From: Octopus vulgaris
Lineage: Eukaryota
Assembly (NCBI GenBank): GCA_951406725.2
Contig: OX597820.1
Span: 36,890,001-36,954,000 of the forward strand
Direction: 5' to 3'
DNA: 64,000 nucleotides
The notes beneath the pieces were generated by a model that did not search any database, had not been told where the DNA came from, and saw only the letters and a program-made list of their open reading frames with translations. How positions within the stretch are numbered: position 1 is the first letter of the stretch; every line of letters begins with the position of its first letter. This document shows, piece by piece, positions 12,441-26,149 of this stretch. The position numbers were made by a program, and so were the translations under genes.

Positions 12441-13456
12441 ATTCTAAAAATTAAAAAAAAATTAACAGCTGTTTTGTATAAACCATTGTAAACTTATTTT
12501 GGTTCAGCCTTGCCTGCATTACATGATGGTAGAATATTAATAGGATTGAAATTACTTCATACTGAGGGGGAAATATTTCAAAGGGATTACTATGAAATTC
12601 ATTCTTTTGATTCCAACCTCTCTGACACTACATGTGATGCTATGACAAACTTCTTATTTTAAAGTGATGTAATTGTTCCATCAAAATTACCTGTTATGTT
12701 CCAAACACCAGCTTTATAACAGCAAAGTTATTCTATTAAATTATTTCGTTTTAAAATATATTGAAATAGAAAGGCAGTATATTTTCACAGAAATATAGGA
12801 ACAGAAGGGTTTAGAAAATAATTGAAGATGTAGAAGAGTACTTGCCTTATTGCCTCTGGTTTACCCAGTTACCATGCTGTTACTAACGAAAGCCTCATGG
12901 TTACAGCTTAGTGGTAGTTGATAATGAGCTGTGAATAATGGATGAAACATAATGATGGCATAAACACATGGCGTGCAGTTCAATAACATCATTCATAGCC
13001 CAATATCTATTAAGGGAATTTCTCACCAGTTTTTGCAGCAGAGGTCTTTTCATGTTTTAATGTGCACAAATGTGTTAAATATGATGATACACACCTATTA
13101 TCCATATAAATTAGTTTTGTTAAGAGAACTGAATGAAATATGCATAATTATATCAAATTAACAATATTTCATTGTGAGAAACTTGGCAAAGGATAGCTAT
13201 AGTTAAATATCTTTATTTTGAAGATCAAGTTGACTGAGTCTTTAAGTTTTACCTATTGGTATGTTCATCTACTCAATTTGATTGTTGCAAAAAGTTTAAG
13301 TCTACTTTCAATATAGTCACACTATTAGTAAATGTTCTGTTATTATTCTTAAAAGTGCTTTAAAATAAATGAGATTATTTTAACATTTAATTGTAAATTA
13401 TATCAGTAGGCATTGAACATACAAAACATGAAGATTGAGAGAAGGAATACACTATA
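12441..13456. repeat. ~1 kb segment duplicated in inverted orientation at 21761-23461
   Basis: Reverse-complement match; ORFs 12973-13161(+) and 22053-22262(-) are nearly identical; the other copy has ~690 extra bp (22305-22991). Confidence 0.9.
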
Positions 13457-13499
13457 CACATATCTCCATCACTTGTAATTTATGATGAAGAAATTCTAA

Positions 13500-13712
13500 A
13501 GTAGTGAGATGGCAGAATCATTAGAATATAAGTAAAAATGCTTTGTGATATTTTTCTAAATGTTCTTAGTTCAAATCCTACCAAGGCCCACTTAGCCTTT
13601 CACCCTTCTGAGGTCAATAAAAAATATAGTGCAAGTCAAGTACTGTGGTTGATGGTACCAATAACCATTTTCTTTTAAAAATTGTTGACCTTATGCTTAA
13701 ATTAGAAGCCAT
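13500..13712 (+). mobile_element. tRNA-like SINE (family 1)
   Basis: GTGAGATGGCAGAATCATTAG...GTTCAAATCC (B-box-like)...GCCTTTCACCC. Confidence 0.6.
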
Positions 13713-15768
13713 TATTAGTAAGTTCTAAATGGTGGATGCAATAAATACTTCCATAACAAGCTACTGACAAAGTAGATTTATTTTACTACAGGATAAAACC
13801 TGCTTTGATATCTTGTGAATTTCAGTTTATTATATTACTTTTTTAATGATTAGCTGAAGAAGCATGCTTTGTTTAATTGATTCTGTGAGTTTATATTTCA
13901 ACATTGTACAACATTTTATATATTATTGTATTTTATTTCTCACTCGATTTGAAAAATTATGGAATTGTAAGCAGTGATGTAGCATGGGTAAGGCCATAGA
14001 GGCAGTTATCTGGGTGCAAAATTTCAAAAGAAAAATTTTTTTAAAATAGCACTCTCCCCAACAGTACTTGTTTTGCCACTGGTACTAGCAACACATACTA
14101 TACCACTATTTGTAAACTAGGACTTTTGTAACTTCTCTATTACTTTGATCACCTGCAAGTAAGGATAGTTTAAGAATAATCATAAATATATTTAAATTAT
14201 AGTCTCAGGTTTCCAGCATATGGTTAAATAATTGCCATCAACTTCTGTTTCATTTTATGTGGGCACTTATATGAGAAATAGAAGCTAAATATCCCTCATA
14301 ACACTCTTATCATGTTAAATAAAGATTTGAAAAAGATATTGTTTTGCTGCAGTTAAGATGGCATGTGTGGAACGTAAATATACAGCCAAATATTAAGTCC
14401 ACTTTCGTTAATCAAGTGCTAACAAAGAGCATGGTCTGTTATGAAGACTTATCAACCTCTCTTTTGGTCATTGAAGAGTAGGTGTGTGAAGGTAGAATTT
14501 TTATCTTTAGCTGCCCCTATCACTTTTACTATATCTTTCTCCCAAACAGTACGGTGATGAAACAAAACTACTATTTTTCTTATATTATGTCGTGACCCTT
14601 CTACAACCAGAGAAAAATCAAGAGGTCAACTTATTCACATTAATTTCTGAGCACAGAAGCGAGAAAATAATAGATTTAAGATTTGCTTGACAATGTTGAG
14701 AAAAGTGGATTTGGTTATACTCCAATTAGCTATAGCTATAGCTAGAGTATACTGTAGCTGTTTTGCTATATCACTCATCTTCCCAGATAATTTGCTGGAG
14801 GCAAAGGATCATTACTAGGAAAACTTGCAGGAACGTTAACTACGTGAAAATTGAAAAACGTTCAAAATTGTGAATGAAAAGTATTAAATTGCAGATAGAT
14901 GTGATGCAAAACCACGAAAAATAGTGGATATCAGGAGAGAGAATCTGAGGTGATGTATATGGAACTGGTCAATCCAAGGATATAAAAAATGGCATTTGCC
15001 CAAGATACCACCCAGTGAATGAAACCCAGGACTCCGTAGTGAGTCTGGATAGTTCAATGTTGCTTTATGTGTATTGGCAGCATTGAGTATGCACGTGATT
15101 CATTAATGAGCTGTGTATACATATGTGAGAACAGTGCAGCTGCAGACTTTTTGAGACAAGAAAGTGCATTCCCAATCCATGATATAATTTTTAAATTTTC
15201 AAGCAGAAGTGTGCTCACTGTGCCTTGAAAGAATTGCAGAGGCCAAGTGGGTCTGGCATTGTGGGCGTAGACTTTTGCAGTGCGAATGACATGCTGGGCG
15301 TTAAGAGCCAAATTTTCTCTATTTAACTGTGACCATCCACGGGTGTTACAGAGGTAAGTTGTATCTGGAAACAAGGCGCTGAAAGCATGATGAGACATCC
15401 GATGTGCGATGAGCCGGAAAAGGAGCTGAATAGGTACAGACATGGAAAAACAAGTCAATGAAGACACGTGCATGTGTGTAACTGGGTGTAGGCATGCACA
15501 CATGTATGTATGAACGTTGTAGTGGAAAGATTAAATAACCCACGGAAAATTAAGTAAATCTGCGGAAACAGCAAACATTCAAAAGAAAACATGCAACCCG
15601 TGTTGAGAAAAGTGGATCTGGTTTCGAATAGGCTTTTCTATACTGTAGCTGTTCACTACAGTTATGTAGTTAAAAAGTTGCAGGTAGCCGAAATTAAATT
15701 GAAATATACATGCACTTTGTTCTAATTGCATCTAACAACACATTTACGATTCATAGCCTAAACATATC

Positions 15769-15969
15769 TAGAATTTTCGGCACAACTTAAACACAGAGGT
15801 TCCGATATATTTATGTAACGATATGAAGAGGAGGTAATCTAGTTTTACCAAAACTACTGTTAAAGTGTTAGGGTTATGTGAAGTCAGAGTAGTTTTGGTA
15901 AAAGTATATTACCTCCCCGTTATATAGGTGCGTCGGCACTTCTGTAATTAAGTAGTAGCGAATTTTCTC
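15769..15969. mobile_element. Palindromic MITE-like element
   Basis: Inner arms 15830-15858 and 15888-15916 (GGAGGTAATCTAGTTTTACCAAAACTACT, 2 mismatches); more degenerate outer arms of ~50 bp. Confidence 0.6.
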
Positions 15970-16026
15970 CTGCAATATTTTTTTAGGGGGAAAAAACAAT
16001 GTTAGTCATTGACTAATACATATCTT

Positions 16027-16427
16027 GGGTCTTTTCGGTTTGAACGGCAGTTTTTTTCTAGCGGTGTCATATGAAATTGTCACCCATAATTATGACCCTA
16101 GTATCGATGTATTGCATTTCAATCTGTTTTAGGGTTATGGTCAGGGGGGGTATCTTTTTTTCTTCACAAATGTAAATAAACGCAATCTGTTTCTTAAACG
16201 AGGGACATGTTCATACGGCACAGAATGTTTTTTTACTTCAATAGATGTATTTGATTGGTTGAAATTGAAGAAAAATAAAAACAAATATCTTACAAGCTAT
16301 AGAATTTTCTCAATAAAGCCAAGAGAAAAAGATGTTTTATAAGTACATTCTACCAGTATACGAAGTTTAAAATTTTTTAGTAACCTAGAAATTATGTTAA
16401 AAACTGCCGTTCAAACCGAAAAGATCC
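16027..16427. mobile_element. ~400 bp MITE with ~29 bp TIRs, possibly Merlin-type
   Basis: TIR GG(G/A)TCTTTTCGGTTTGAACGGCAGTTTTT at both ends; 8 bp TSD CATATCTT/CATATCCT (16019-16026, 16428-16435). Confidence 0.85.
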
Positions 16428-16530
16428 CATATCCTTTTTTTTTTTTCCCTTTACTGCCACAATTATTTTATAGTACACTTTCTAGTGTTCTCCACAGTAA
16501 AAATGTTGACGCTCACTTTTTTGTCGATAG

Positions 16531-16685
16531 TACGAAAGTACGGCTGATGATGTGATGCAGTGTATCAAATTTCGTCTTAAAATTTTCTTTTCTGCGTTAT
16601 TGAAATTTATCGGATGGCCACGAACAAGATATAATCTCTTCATCTCCCAGTATTATGACACTAAATAATGAGAAAACAGTAAGTT
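16531..16685 (+). promoter_or_regulatory. Conserved 5' non-coding module of ZNF-B
   Basis: TACGAAAGTACGGCTG at 16531-16546; AGAAAACA|GTAAGTT (GT at 16679); sequence to ~16858 aligns with 5150-5365. Confidence 0.55.
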
Positions 16686-17878
16686 ATCTGACGTTGTAAC
16701 AACTCACAATATGTACGCATTAATGGTGAGGTATTATTTACATCCTAATTTAATTTCTATTCAAATGTAAACGTTAGTGATTTCCAATTTTGAAAACTAT
16801 TTGCGGACACTAAGTATTCTAACTTTGTTATTAGTTGCATATTGTCGCAATATTTCCCAAACAAAGGCGTCAGTACTAACTGCTATCTAGACTATCGGAT
16901 TATACTCACTGGATGATCTATAATGTTTAAAATTTTCGTTGTTCGTTAATTCACCTGTCAAGTCTTTGATCAGACTTGCGTTAAGTAACGTTGTAATTGA
17001 AAATAATTAAATGAAAATGTACATTTTGGTAATCATCATTAATAAGTTGCTGAATACATTTCTTTCTCACTTGTTCTGTCAGAGAACTACTGAAATGTTA
17101 GTCAGGTGCTAATAAAGACACATTGGACCCATGTTTCCTTTGTATCTACTTATAGCACTTTTTTATGCACTCAATAGAATGCACTTGTAGTAACACACAC
17201 ACACATCGCAAGCATATATATCGTCATCGTTTAAACATTCACTTTACCATGCTGCACGAGTCAGATGGATTTTTGTTGACGCAGATTTTCTACGACCAGA
17301 GGCCCATGTTTTCAAGCGTGGTAGTATTTCCCCAAGGCCAGGTATATTTTTACAGATGATTAGAAACAAACGATACCACTTTTATAAATACGCGCGCACA
17401 CACACGTGTTAATGTATGTATATGAGTGTATATATATATATATATATAAATGTATATTTATATTTAATGTAGGATAAAATTTTTTCGAAAAAATTTTTTA
17501 TCAATGGCCAGTATATTAAAAAAATACCTTTAAAGGTTAAAGTTATAAACAACTTATAAATAAGGGCAAACGAAAAAATTTCTAATGCCAAATATGCTGA
17601 AATTGGACATATTGTCTATAACCACATAATTTTTCACAATACGCACGCTACTCGAAAAAAGGTCGACAGAAATTTCTAAAAAATTCCATTGTTACCATAT
17701 CGGACCGATTTCAGGGTTAGTTCATAAAAACCCTCCCTTCGTCAGTGATAAATGTGGCAAAGAAATAAATGAGATACTTACTCATACCCATGGAAGAAGC
17801 AAAATACTAAGTACCCCAAATACATCCAAAATAGAAATACTCCAGCCCATTCAAGACACGTGCGATTTGGAAGCATAA

Positions 17879-20800
17879 GAAAAATTTATCAAATTTTAAA
17901 AACTTTTCTTACAAAATATAAAGAAATATATGGAGGTGAAACTTTATGTGAATCAGGTTTGTGATCAAGCACAGCCTGAAACTAATGACATCAAATATGT
18001 GTAGATCCACAAAAGAAATCATATCTCTTGAACATTATTAAGAAAACATTCACACAATCAAATGCCATATTGAAACAAAAAATGTTTCCGAAATGTTGGA
18101 AGAAGAAATATATTTACAGTAAAACAATTAATAAACTCTCTAAGAGTACTTTAACAAGTCAGAAAGTTTGTAAATGCTCAGTATGTGGTAAAATATTTTC
18201 TCAAAATTGCCACATGACTAAACACAAGTGTATACAGAAAAGCAAGAAAAGACACTATTGTGATATCTGTGGCAGAACCTTCTCTGAGAGCAGTACTTTG
18301 ACTAATCATAAACGTATTCATACTGGTGAAAAGCCATACCACTGTGATATTTGCAGTAGAACATTCACTCAGTATGGTCATTTGAGTAGACATAAATATA
18401 CTCACTCAGGTGAGAAACCATATAACTGTGATATATGTGGAAAATCATTCTCTCAGAGTGATAAATTAGCTATTCACAAACGTATTCACACAGGCGAAAA
18501 ACCATATCAGTGTGGTATTTGTGCTAAAACATTTTCTCGAAGTTCTGATTTGAATAGACACAAGGACATTCACACAATTGAGAAGCCATACCACTGTGAT
18601 GTCTGTGGGAAAACCTTCTCTAGAAGAAGTAATATGACTAACCACCAACGTACTCACACAGGTGTGAAACCATACTACTGTGAAATCTGTGGAAAAACAT
18701 TCTCTAGTAAATTATCTACACACAAACGAATCCACACAGGTGAGAAACCATACCATTGTGATATATGTGGAAAAAAATTCTCTCAGAATGGTCATTTAAC
18801 TCAGCATTTACGTGTTCACACAGGTGAGAAACCATACCACTGTGATATTTGTGGTAAAACATTTTCTCAAAGTAGTCATTTAACACTTCATGTACGTGGT
18901 CACACAGGCGAGAAACCATATAGTTGTGATATTTGTGGTAAAACATTTTATGATAATCAGAGTTTAACTCGTCACATACCTGTTCACACAGGTGAGAAAC
19001 CATATCATTGTGATATCTGTGATAAAACTTTCTCTAAGAAAAAGATTTTGACTAATCATAAGCAAAAAGCACATAAAAAGCAAACCATAAAACAAGAGAA
19101 TAAGTTGGAAGAATTTGTACAAATTATTACTTCATGAAGTATAAAACATACAACAGAACTGTATTGAAAGTGGAGGAAGGTAGACAAGAGTCGTATGTTC
19201 ATTCAACCATAACATTTTTCTTCCAGAACTTTCTTCAACACAGTACTGGAACTGAATGTAAATTTACATATGTTTACGTAACTAGCTTACAGAAGGTTTG
19301 TGTAAATAACAAAGTTATAATGTTTTATAATTAAACTTTATATAAACCTCTTCAATAATCTTGAAAAGCCATTTCATCAGCTCTTTCAGCCAAATATAAG
19401 TTTGTGATTTTGGAAGAAGAGTGATTAATTATAAAAGTCCAACATTAATTTAAATAGATTCTTTGTAGGTTATTGTGTTCAAATTGTCAAATATATTTCA
19501 AAAGACATAAATGAATGATATTTAGAATAGAGCAATGACTTGATGAAGATGACAGGGAAGGAGAAATCTGACTCAATGGAATTAGTAGCATCTGTTTAAA
19601 CATAGTTATAGCATAGCCACTTATTCACTCAGGCCCTTGGCTCTTCCTAGGGCACAGGCCGTAATAATCTCTTTTCACTTACTCTTGTCCTAGGATATCC
19701 CCTCTAGTTTCCCCCCAGTTCCATCTTGATCTTCTCACTCTTCTTCAGGATACATTGCAAGAAGTTCCTTGGGCTTCCTTTTATCCTTAGAGTTATACCT
19801 TAATAATTGCCTAGCAACATTGTATTAAACCTCTTCGAAGAGTTACCCAATCCAGTGCCACTTTCTTCATAAAATAGGGGGTGTTGGTTTGCTTCCACAA
19901 GACTATGTTTCTGCAATGCTTCATTCTCCCTTTGCAAGATCCATCTGATCCCCAAGTCTGTGAAACTTATCTAACACAGTAAGGTGACAGTCCATGCGGG
20001 TGTATGGGATAGCATCTTGTTAAAAAATAACATGCTACAAACCAGTGATTAACTTTATACTCAGAGCAGGATCCAAACCAAGCAATTAGCACCGTAACTG
20101 AAATAGTTTTATGAAATGAGAAACATGTTGAAAGGAGCAGAAAGATAAGGGTAACACAAGAGACTACCTAGAGATTAAACTGGATAAATGTCACATATAC
20201 TATGCTAGGAGAATAAAAAATAACTGTATTACATCAGTAGAATGTCATGGGTGAAGTGTAAAACAGTAATCTATGTGGACCACAATAAATGTTCTTGTGA
20301 GAAAATTGATTTGATTTTCTTTCAATTACCTAAATTTTATTTAAATATCTCATCATTAACTTAACTTACATTATTATGAAAATATGGCTGATGATTTGAT
20401 ACATGAATTAGTTTAGTTTTAAAAAATATCAATTCTTTCTTATTATGAAAGTTTTCCAAATGATAATGTTGGAGTTATGTCTTGTAATATCTACACCATC
20501 TGAGAGTGAATGTAGTTGTGATGCAATCAGTTGAGGGTCTAGCTGCAGTGAGCAATACAGAGATGGTTTGTATGTCAGTTGACATAGCAGGAAAAGTTTA
20601 CAGCTTCTTCAAAAATTGTTGATATGTTAAGATCATGAGGTTTGGGTTTGATGCGCTTCAGATAAATTGTGTGCTAAAAAGATCCTAATGAACTGAAATT
20701 ACCCCTCAAAATTTGAGAATCTCAGGAGGAGGGAATAAAAGATTTAAATCAAGTTGTTGTTTTTTTTTTTGTTTTTTGCTTAGTCATACAAGATTGAGTT

Positions 20801-21743
20801 TGTAGAACACAAATTCGAAAAAAATCTGAAAATGCCAAAATCTAAAATAGTTACGACTGGTGGAGTAGTGTGCTTCTATCAGAACTCCACCGACAGAGAA
20901 AATAGTAAGTTAATTTATCATTGGTGTATTGTTAAGTATGATGTTTCAGTATTTGTAGTGTACAGGACTGGCCCAGCACTACAACATTACATAAACAAGA
21001 TCATTGAGGGTCCCAGAAAAAATATAACACTTTTTTGGGATGATGTATTGATAGATCACCTTTTTTCTAGCCAGAACCCCTAATATCCATATCTGTCAAT
21101 GAATAATTGCCATAATTGTATGAACAATGCTATAGCAGTGTCTGAAAATTGAATCATCATCAGCTAAACTAGAGATACAATGGCATGTGCTATTTTTTAT
21201 ATTCTACGGTTTTTTTATGTATTCAATAAAGAACCATAACTAGGAGAAGGAAATGCTCATTGAGGGACTAACATAACATGTTGTATACCCTGACATCAGT
21301 ACTACTCAAATATACATTTCTGTTGTAGCAACTGTCATATGGTAAGCAAATAGCTGAGGTGCAAAACTCTAATTAAGGCAAAGTATTTTACTACACATCC
21401 AGAAGTATTTATATAAAATCCACTAGGCTTCAATAGGAGGAAATTGCCAGATAAACCTTTATATTTACATACACACAGAAATACATCATCAGAATTAAAA
21501 ACCTTGGATATTCAGAACAGTGCAGCAAAAAAGTAACCTCAGATTCATCACCCATAATAACTGTTTCAACAGCCATTGCATATTGGACACCAGTCACGGT
21601 GGTAACTAGAAAAAGAAAAAAAATTGATAAAATATTAACTTCATGAAGACATCATTACCACCTGCCTACTTTTATTAGCGCCACACCAAAAGCTGTGTAT
21701 AATATGGGAGGTTTTTCTGTCACAAACTGCATATCAGGTCGCA
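17879..21743 (+). repeat. Segmental duplication (ZNF-B unit), direct copy at ~43166-48787
   Basis: Colinear high-identity match from AGAAAAATTTATCAAATTTT to CTGCATATCAGGTCGCA. Confidence 0.93.
18082..19137 (+). CDS. ZNF-B: tandem C2H2 protein, 11 finger units (first lacks the last His, seventh is 2 aa short); ancestral N-terminus out of frame
   Basis: Open finger array. The homologous ATG at 17930 gives [24 protein letters not shown]-stop; the first in-frame ATG is 18082 (the ORF track starts at TTG 18028). Could be a young pseudogene. Confidence 0.7.
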   Translation: MFPKCWKKKYIYSKTINKLSKSTLTSQKVCKCSVCGKIFSQNCHMTKHKCIQKSKKRHYCDICGRTFSESSTLTNHKRIHTGEKPYHCDICSRTFTQYGHLSRHKYTHSGEKPYNCDICGKSFSQSDKLAIHKRIHTGEKPYQCGICAKTFSRSSDLNRHKDIHTIEKPYHCDVCGKTFSRRSNMTNHQRTHTGVKPYYCEICGKTFSSKLSTHKRIHTGEKPYHCDICGKKFSQNGHLTQHLRVHTGEKPYHCDICGKTFSQSSHLTLHVRGHTGEKPYSCDICGKTFYDNQSLTRHIPVHTGEKPYHCDICDKTFSKKKILTNHKQKAHKKQTIKQENKLEEFVQIITS

Positions 21744-21760
21744 GCATTTATAGTATACTA

Positions 21761-23461
21761 TATAGTGTATTCCTTCTCTCAATCTTCATGTTTTGTATGT
21801 TCAATGCCTACTGATATAATTTACAATTAAATGTTAAAATAATCTCATTTATTTTAAAGCACTTTTAAGAATAATAGAACATTTACTAATAGTGTGACTA
21901 TATTGAGAGTAGACTTAAACTTTTTGCAACAATTAAGTTGAGTAGATGAACATACCAATAGGTAAAACTTAAAGACTCAGTCAACTTGATCTTCAAAATA
22001 AAGATATTTAACTATAGCTATTCTTTGCCAAGTTTCTCACAATGAAATATTGTTAATTTGATATAATTATGCATATTTCATTCAGTTCTCTTAACAAAAC
22101 TAATTTATATGGATAATAGGTGTGTATCATCATATTTAACACATTTGTGCACATTAAAACATGAAAAGACCTCTGCTGCAAAAACTGGTGAGAAATTCCC
22201 TTTATAGACACTGGGCTATGAATGATGTTATTGAACTGCAGGACATGTGTTTCTGCCATCATTATGCTTCATCCATTATTCACAGCTCATTATCAACTAC
22301 CACTCTTATATTTAAACAGCATTTATAGTATACTAAAGAATGGATAATCAGAAGTTAGAGGATGGTAGTGGCTCTGGGTGCAACATAACCAACCAAATGG
22401 TTAAGAAGTTCACTTTGCAACTACTGGGTCCTGGGTTTGATCCACTGGGTGGCATCTTGGGCAAATTCCATTTTTTATATCCTTGGATTGACCCATACTT
22501 TTTGAGTGAAATTGGGTAGACAGAAATTTATAAAAACCCACTGGGTGGATTGTACCTGTAATTTAGAATATACAGCTTTGTTAATACTGTCCCTTGCTGA
22601 TTCTGACTGAGAATTACATCTAAGGTTCATATGTCTGTGGAATACTCAGCCACTTACACATTAATTCAGTTAGTTACATAACCAAGTCGTTAACTTTGAA
22701 TGGTGGCGATCCACTATCACCACAAAGTCAATTTCTCTGTGGCTGAGTGCATGGATTCTCACTTCCTTACTCCCATGCATTGAAGAGAAAGTGACTTATG
22801 TTGCTTTTGTACTTTATTGTTCATTGTTATCACAAATAATGTTTTGCAAGTATTCTGTTCAATTTCATAGTGTCAGATGTTCAAATGCAAATTCAAAGTT
22901 ATATCAACATGTATTCAATTGTTGAAAAAAACCATGGAGGGAATATAAAACATTAAAGAATAATTATGAGAGTGCATCAACCATGACCTCTCACTAAGCT
23001 GCAACCATGAGGCTTTTGTTAATAACAACATGGTAACTGGGTAAACCAGAAGCAATAAGGCAAGCACTCTTCTACATCTTCAATTATTTTCTAAACCCTT
23101 CTGTTCCTATATTTCTGTGAAAATATACTGCCTTTCTATTTCAATAAATTTTTAAATGAAAGAATTTAATAGAATAACTTTGCGTTATAAAGCTGGTGTT
23201 TGGAACATAACAGGTACTTTGATGGAACAATTACATCACTTTAAAATAAGAAGTTTGTCATAGCATCACATGTAGTGTCAGAGAGGTTGGAATCAAAAGA
23301 ACGAATTTCATAGTAATCCCTTTGAAATATTTTCACCTCAGTATGAAGTAATTTCAATCCTATTAATATTCCACCATCATGTAATGCAGGCAAGCCTGAA
23401 CCAGAATAAATTTACACTGGTTCATACAAAATGGCTGTAATTTTTTATTTATTTTTAGAAT
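21761..23461. repeat. Inverted copy of 12441-13456 with extra internal sequence
   Basis: Reverse-complement match in two pieces (21761-22304 and 22992-23461). Confidence 0.9.
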
Positions 23462-23539
23462 AATATTTGTCACAAATCTAGAAGTACATTAGACTAGAAA
23501 TTATCCCTGTATCTATAGCTTTAAAATGACCAGGCGGAT

Positions 23540-24330
23540 ATAATACCCCTTACCCTGCCCTCAAAGGGCATCAGTCTGCTGCAGGATTAAACTCCAGATG
23601 CTGCTGGTACTTATTTTGAATTGAGTAGATTGAAGCAATGTGAAATAAAGTGTTTTACTCAAGAACACTATGCCCTATCCAGTTTGGGAATTGAAACCAC
23701 AAACTTACAATTTTGAGTTCAACAGCTGCCTTCACTTAACATTAATGTGGTAGATATTTGATGGTTTCAAAGTGGTGAGCTGGCAGAATCGTTACCCACT
23801 GGGCAAAATACTTAGTGGAATTTTGTCCATGTTACGTTCTCAGTTCAAATTCCCCAGAGGTCAACTTTACCTTACATCTTTTCAGGGTTGATAAAACAAA
23901 TACCAGTTGTGGACTGAGGTCGATGTAATCAACTTACCTGCTCCCCTAAAATTTCAGGCCTTGTACCTATAGTAGAAAGGATTTCTGGCTGTGTGATTAA
24001 AAAGCTTGCTTTGCAACCACATGGTTTTGGGTTCAGTCCCAAACATTAGAAAATGTCTCCTATTATATCCCCAGCCAACCAATGCCTTGTGTGTGAATTT
24101 GATAGATGAAAACTGTGGAATACTGTCATGTGTATGTCTTTGTAACCTCCACTACACTTGACAACTGGCTTTGGTTTGTTATAACTTAGCAGTTATGCAA
24201 AAGTGACTGATAGAATAAGTACCAGACTTTAAAAATAAGTAATAGTGTTGATTTGTTCAGGTAGACTTTTCAAGATGGTGCCCCAGCATAGCCACAATAA
24301 ATTAACTGGGACAAGTAAAAAATAGATAAG
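23540..24330. mobile_element. Cluster of tRNA-like SINE copies (families 1 and 2)
   Basis: GGTGAGCTGGCAGAATCGTTA at ~23773; GGCTGTGTGATTAAAAAGCTTGC...GGGTTCAGTCCC at ~23987; reverse-strand fragment at ~23540-23735. Confidence 0.65.
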
Positions 24331-24708
24331 CACATAACCAGAAATGTTTTGGGGTAGGACATAGTTGATTAAGTCAACCCCAATATATTCAAATCAACAA
24401 AGAGTCTCTATAAGATTACTCAACCTGCTACAAATAACAATCAAGCACCTCTCAAATCACATTCTGATATCTTATAAAAATAAGACACGTTGGATAATGT
24501 ATTCCTAGACACATTGTGTCTGAAATAAAACTGGATGGTCATAGTTGGAATGCTTTAGACTATATGTCTCTTGATTGAAGTACCTGGGTTTAAATAGCAT
24601 CAATAATCACCCAAGGATATTGCTTGCATTTATTTTACCAACCTCCAATCTGTGAACTTCTACCTATGAGGACAGAAGACAAAATCAACTGCCATACTAT
24701 AAAGTAAA

Positions 24709-24915
24709 TATAGTCCTTTGCTATATCGTGGTCGACATAACGCGCACTCAGTACATTGTGGATTTTTCTGGTTAATATATGTAAATATATATAGTGGACC
24801 CCTCAGTATATTGCAGGTTTCTGTGGCCGATAGGTATTTATATTTTTTAGCTTTTAATTATTTTTGTGGGAGGTTTTGGAATGTAACACCCGTGATAGTT
24901 GAGGGAAATACTATA
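24709..24915. mobile_element. Degenerate Tc1/pogo-like MITE remnant
   Basis: Ends resemble TAyAGT..CCCTC / GAGGGAAATACTATA; locally CpG-rich. Confidence 0.3.
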
Positions 24916-24974
24916 GACCTAATTAAATCTGCTATTCTCTTTGCTTCCTACAAACTTTTAATTTGGTAATAATA

Positions 24975-25345
24975 GGTGCAGGCATGGCTGTGTGGTTAAG
25001 AAGTTTGCTTCCCAACAAAATAGTTTTTGATTCAGTCCCACTATGTGGCATCTTGAGCTGTGGTCCCAGACTGACCAATGGATTCAGATGACAGGAACTG
25101 AAAGAATCCTGTCTTATAAATATGTATGTTTGTCTCTTTGTCTTGACATCATGTGTTTGTCATGCAAGCTGTTTCAGTGACTTCTAATATTCAGTGGAAA
25201 CATGTTAGGCCATGGGGAAATATTACATTTTTTGGAATCAGATGAGGGTTGGCAACAGGAAAGGTATCTGGCAATAGAAAATCCACCTCAATATACTCTA
25301 TTTGACCTATACAAGTATTGAAAAGCGAATGTTAAAACACTGAAA
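24975..25345 (+). mobile_element. tRNA-like SINE (family 2) plus tail fragment
   Basis: GCAGGCATGGCTGTGTGGTTAAGAAGTTTGCTTCCCAA...TTCAGTCCCACT; similar head at ~25977-26135. Confidence 0.65.
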
Positions 25346-26149
25346 TGTCATTTTTATCTGTTCTTTGATTTGTGTTACAATTATTTTTAATTTTAGTAAT
25401 AAATTTCACACAATATAATCCATAGCCAAATACCTAGGCTGTCCTTGAACAAAACCTTAGAAAATCTAATGGAATCATGACAATAGACTTTTTCAACAGC
25501 CAGAAGACACAATCACTATTCATACAATAATATAAAGCTCCTTCTCGGTTCAAGGAATATGAAATTATGTTCCTGCTACACAGAAACATTCTGAGCCTCC
25601 ATGAAACAGTGGCGAATGATGTTTTCTTCTTGATGTTGGTAGAGACAGAGTGTGTTTAGCTGTCAAAAGATGTTACTGAGAAGGGGTAATGATAGCTTTA
25701 TCAAAATTTGCTGGAGCCTTTTGAATGTCAATCTCAGTACATTTTATTTAGTTTGTCATACCTAAACACTAATAAATTTCAGCTAACTATGCAGTAAAAT
25801 AAATTTGATGACGAGATAGAAGAGAAGACTATAAATAGTATATTTTTTGTGCTCACTTCCATTACTTATCCAAAGGTTGAATAAGAGATAGAAGCTTGGC
25901 TTCTTGAGGCCAACAGCAATGACTGAGTTAAATATTAAATATAATACACATTTAATATGAATATAAATTTACACATGCAGGCATGGCTGTATGGTCAAGA
26001 AGTCTGCTTCTCAACCACTTGCTTTTAGATTCATTCTCACAGCATGGTACCTTGGGCAAGTGTCTTCTGCTATAGCCCAGGGCTAACCAAAACCTTCGAA
26101 TTGGATTTGGCTGACAGAAACTGAAAGAAGTCTGTGTGTGTGTGTACTG

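Noticed and set aside
12973-22262. Near-identical 62/69 aa ORFs on opposite strands (also the 66 aa ORFs at 19134 and 45625)
   Set aside because: Identity is explained by recent segmental duplication; no domain or coding evidence
23773-23850. tRNA-like A/B boxes as tRNA genes
   Set aside because: They continue into multi-copy SINE bodies; no cloverleaf seen
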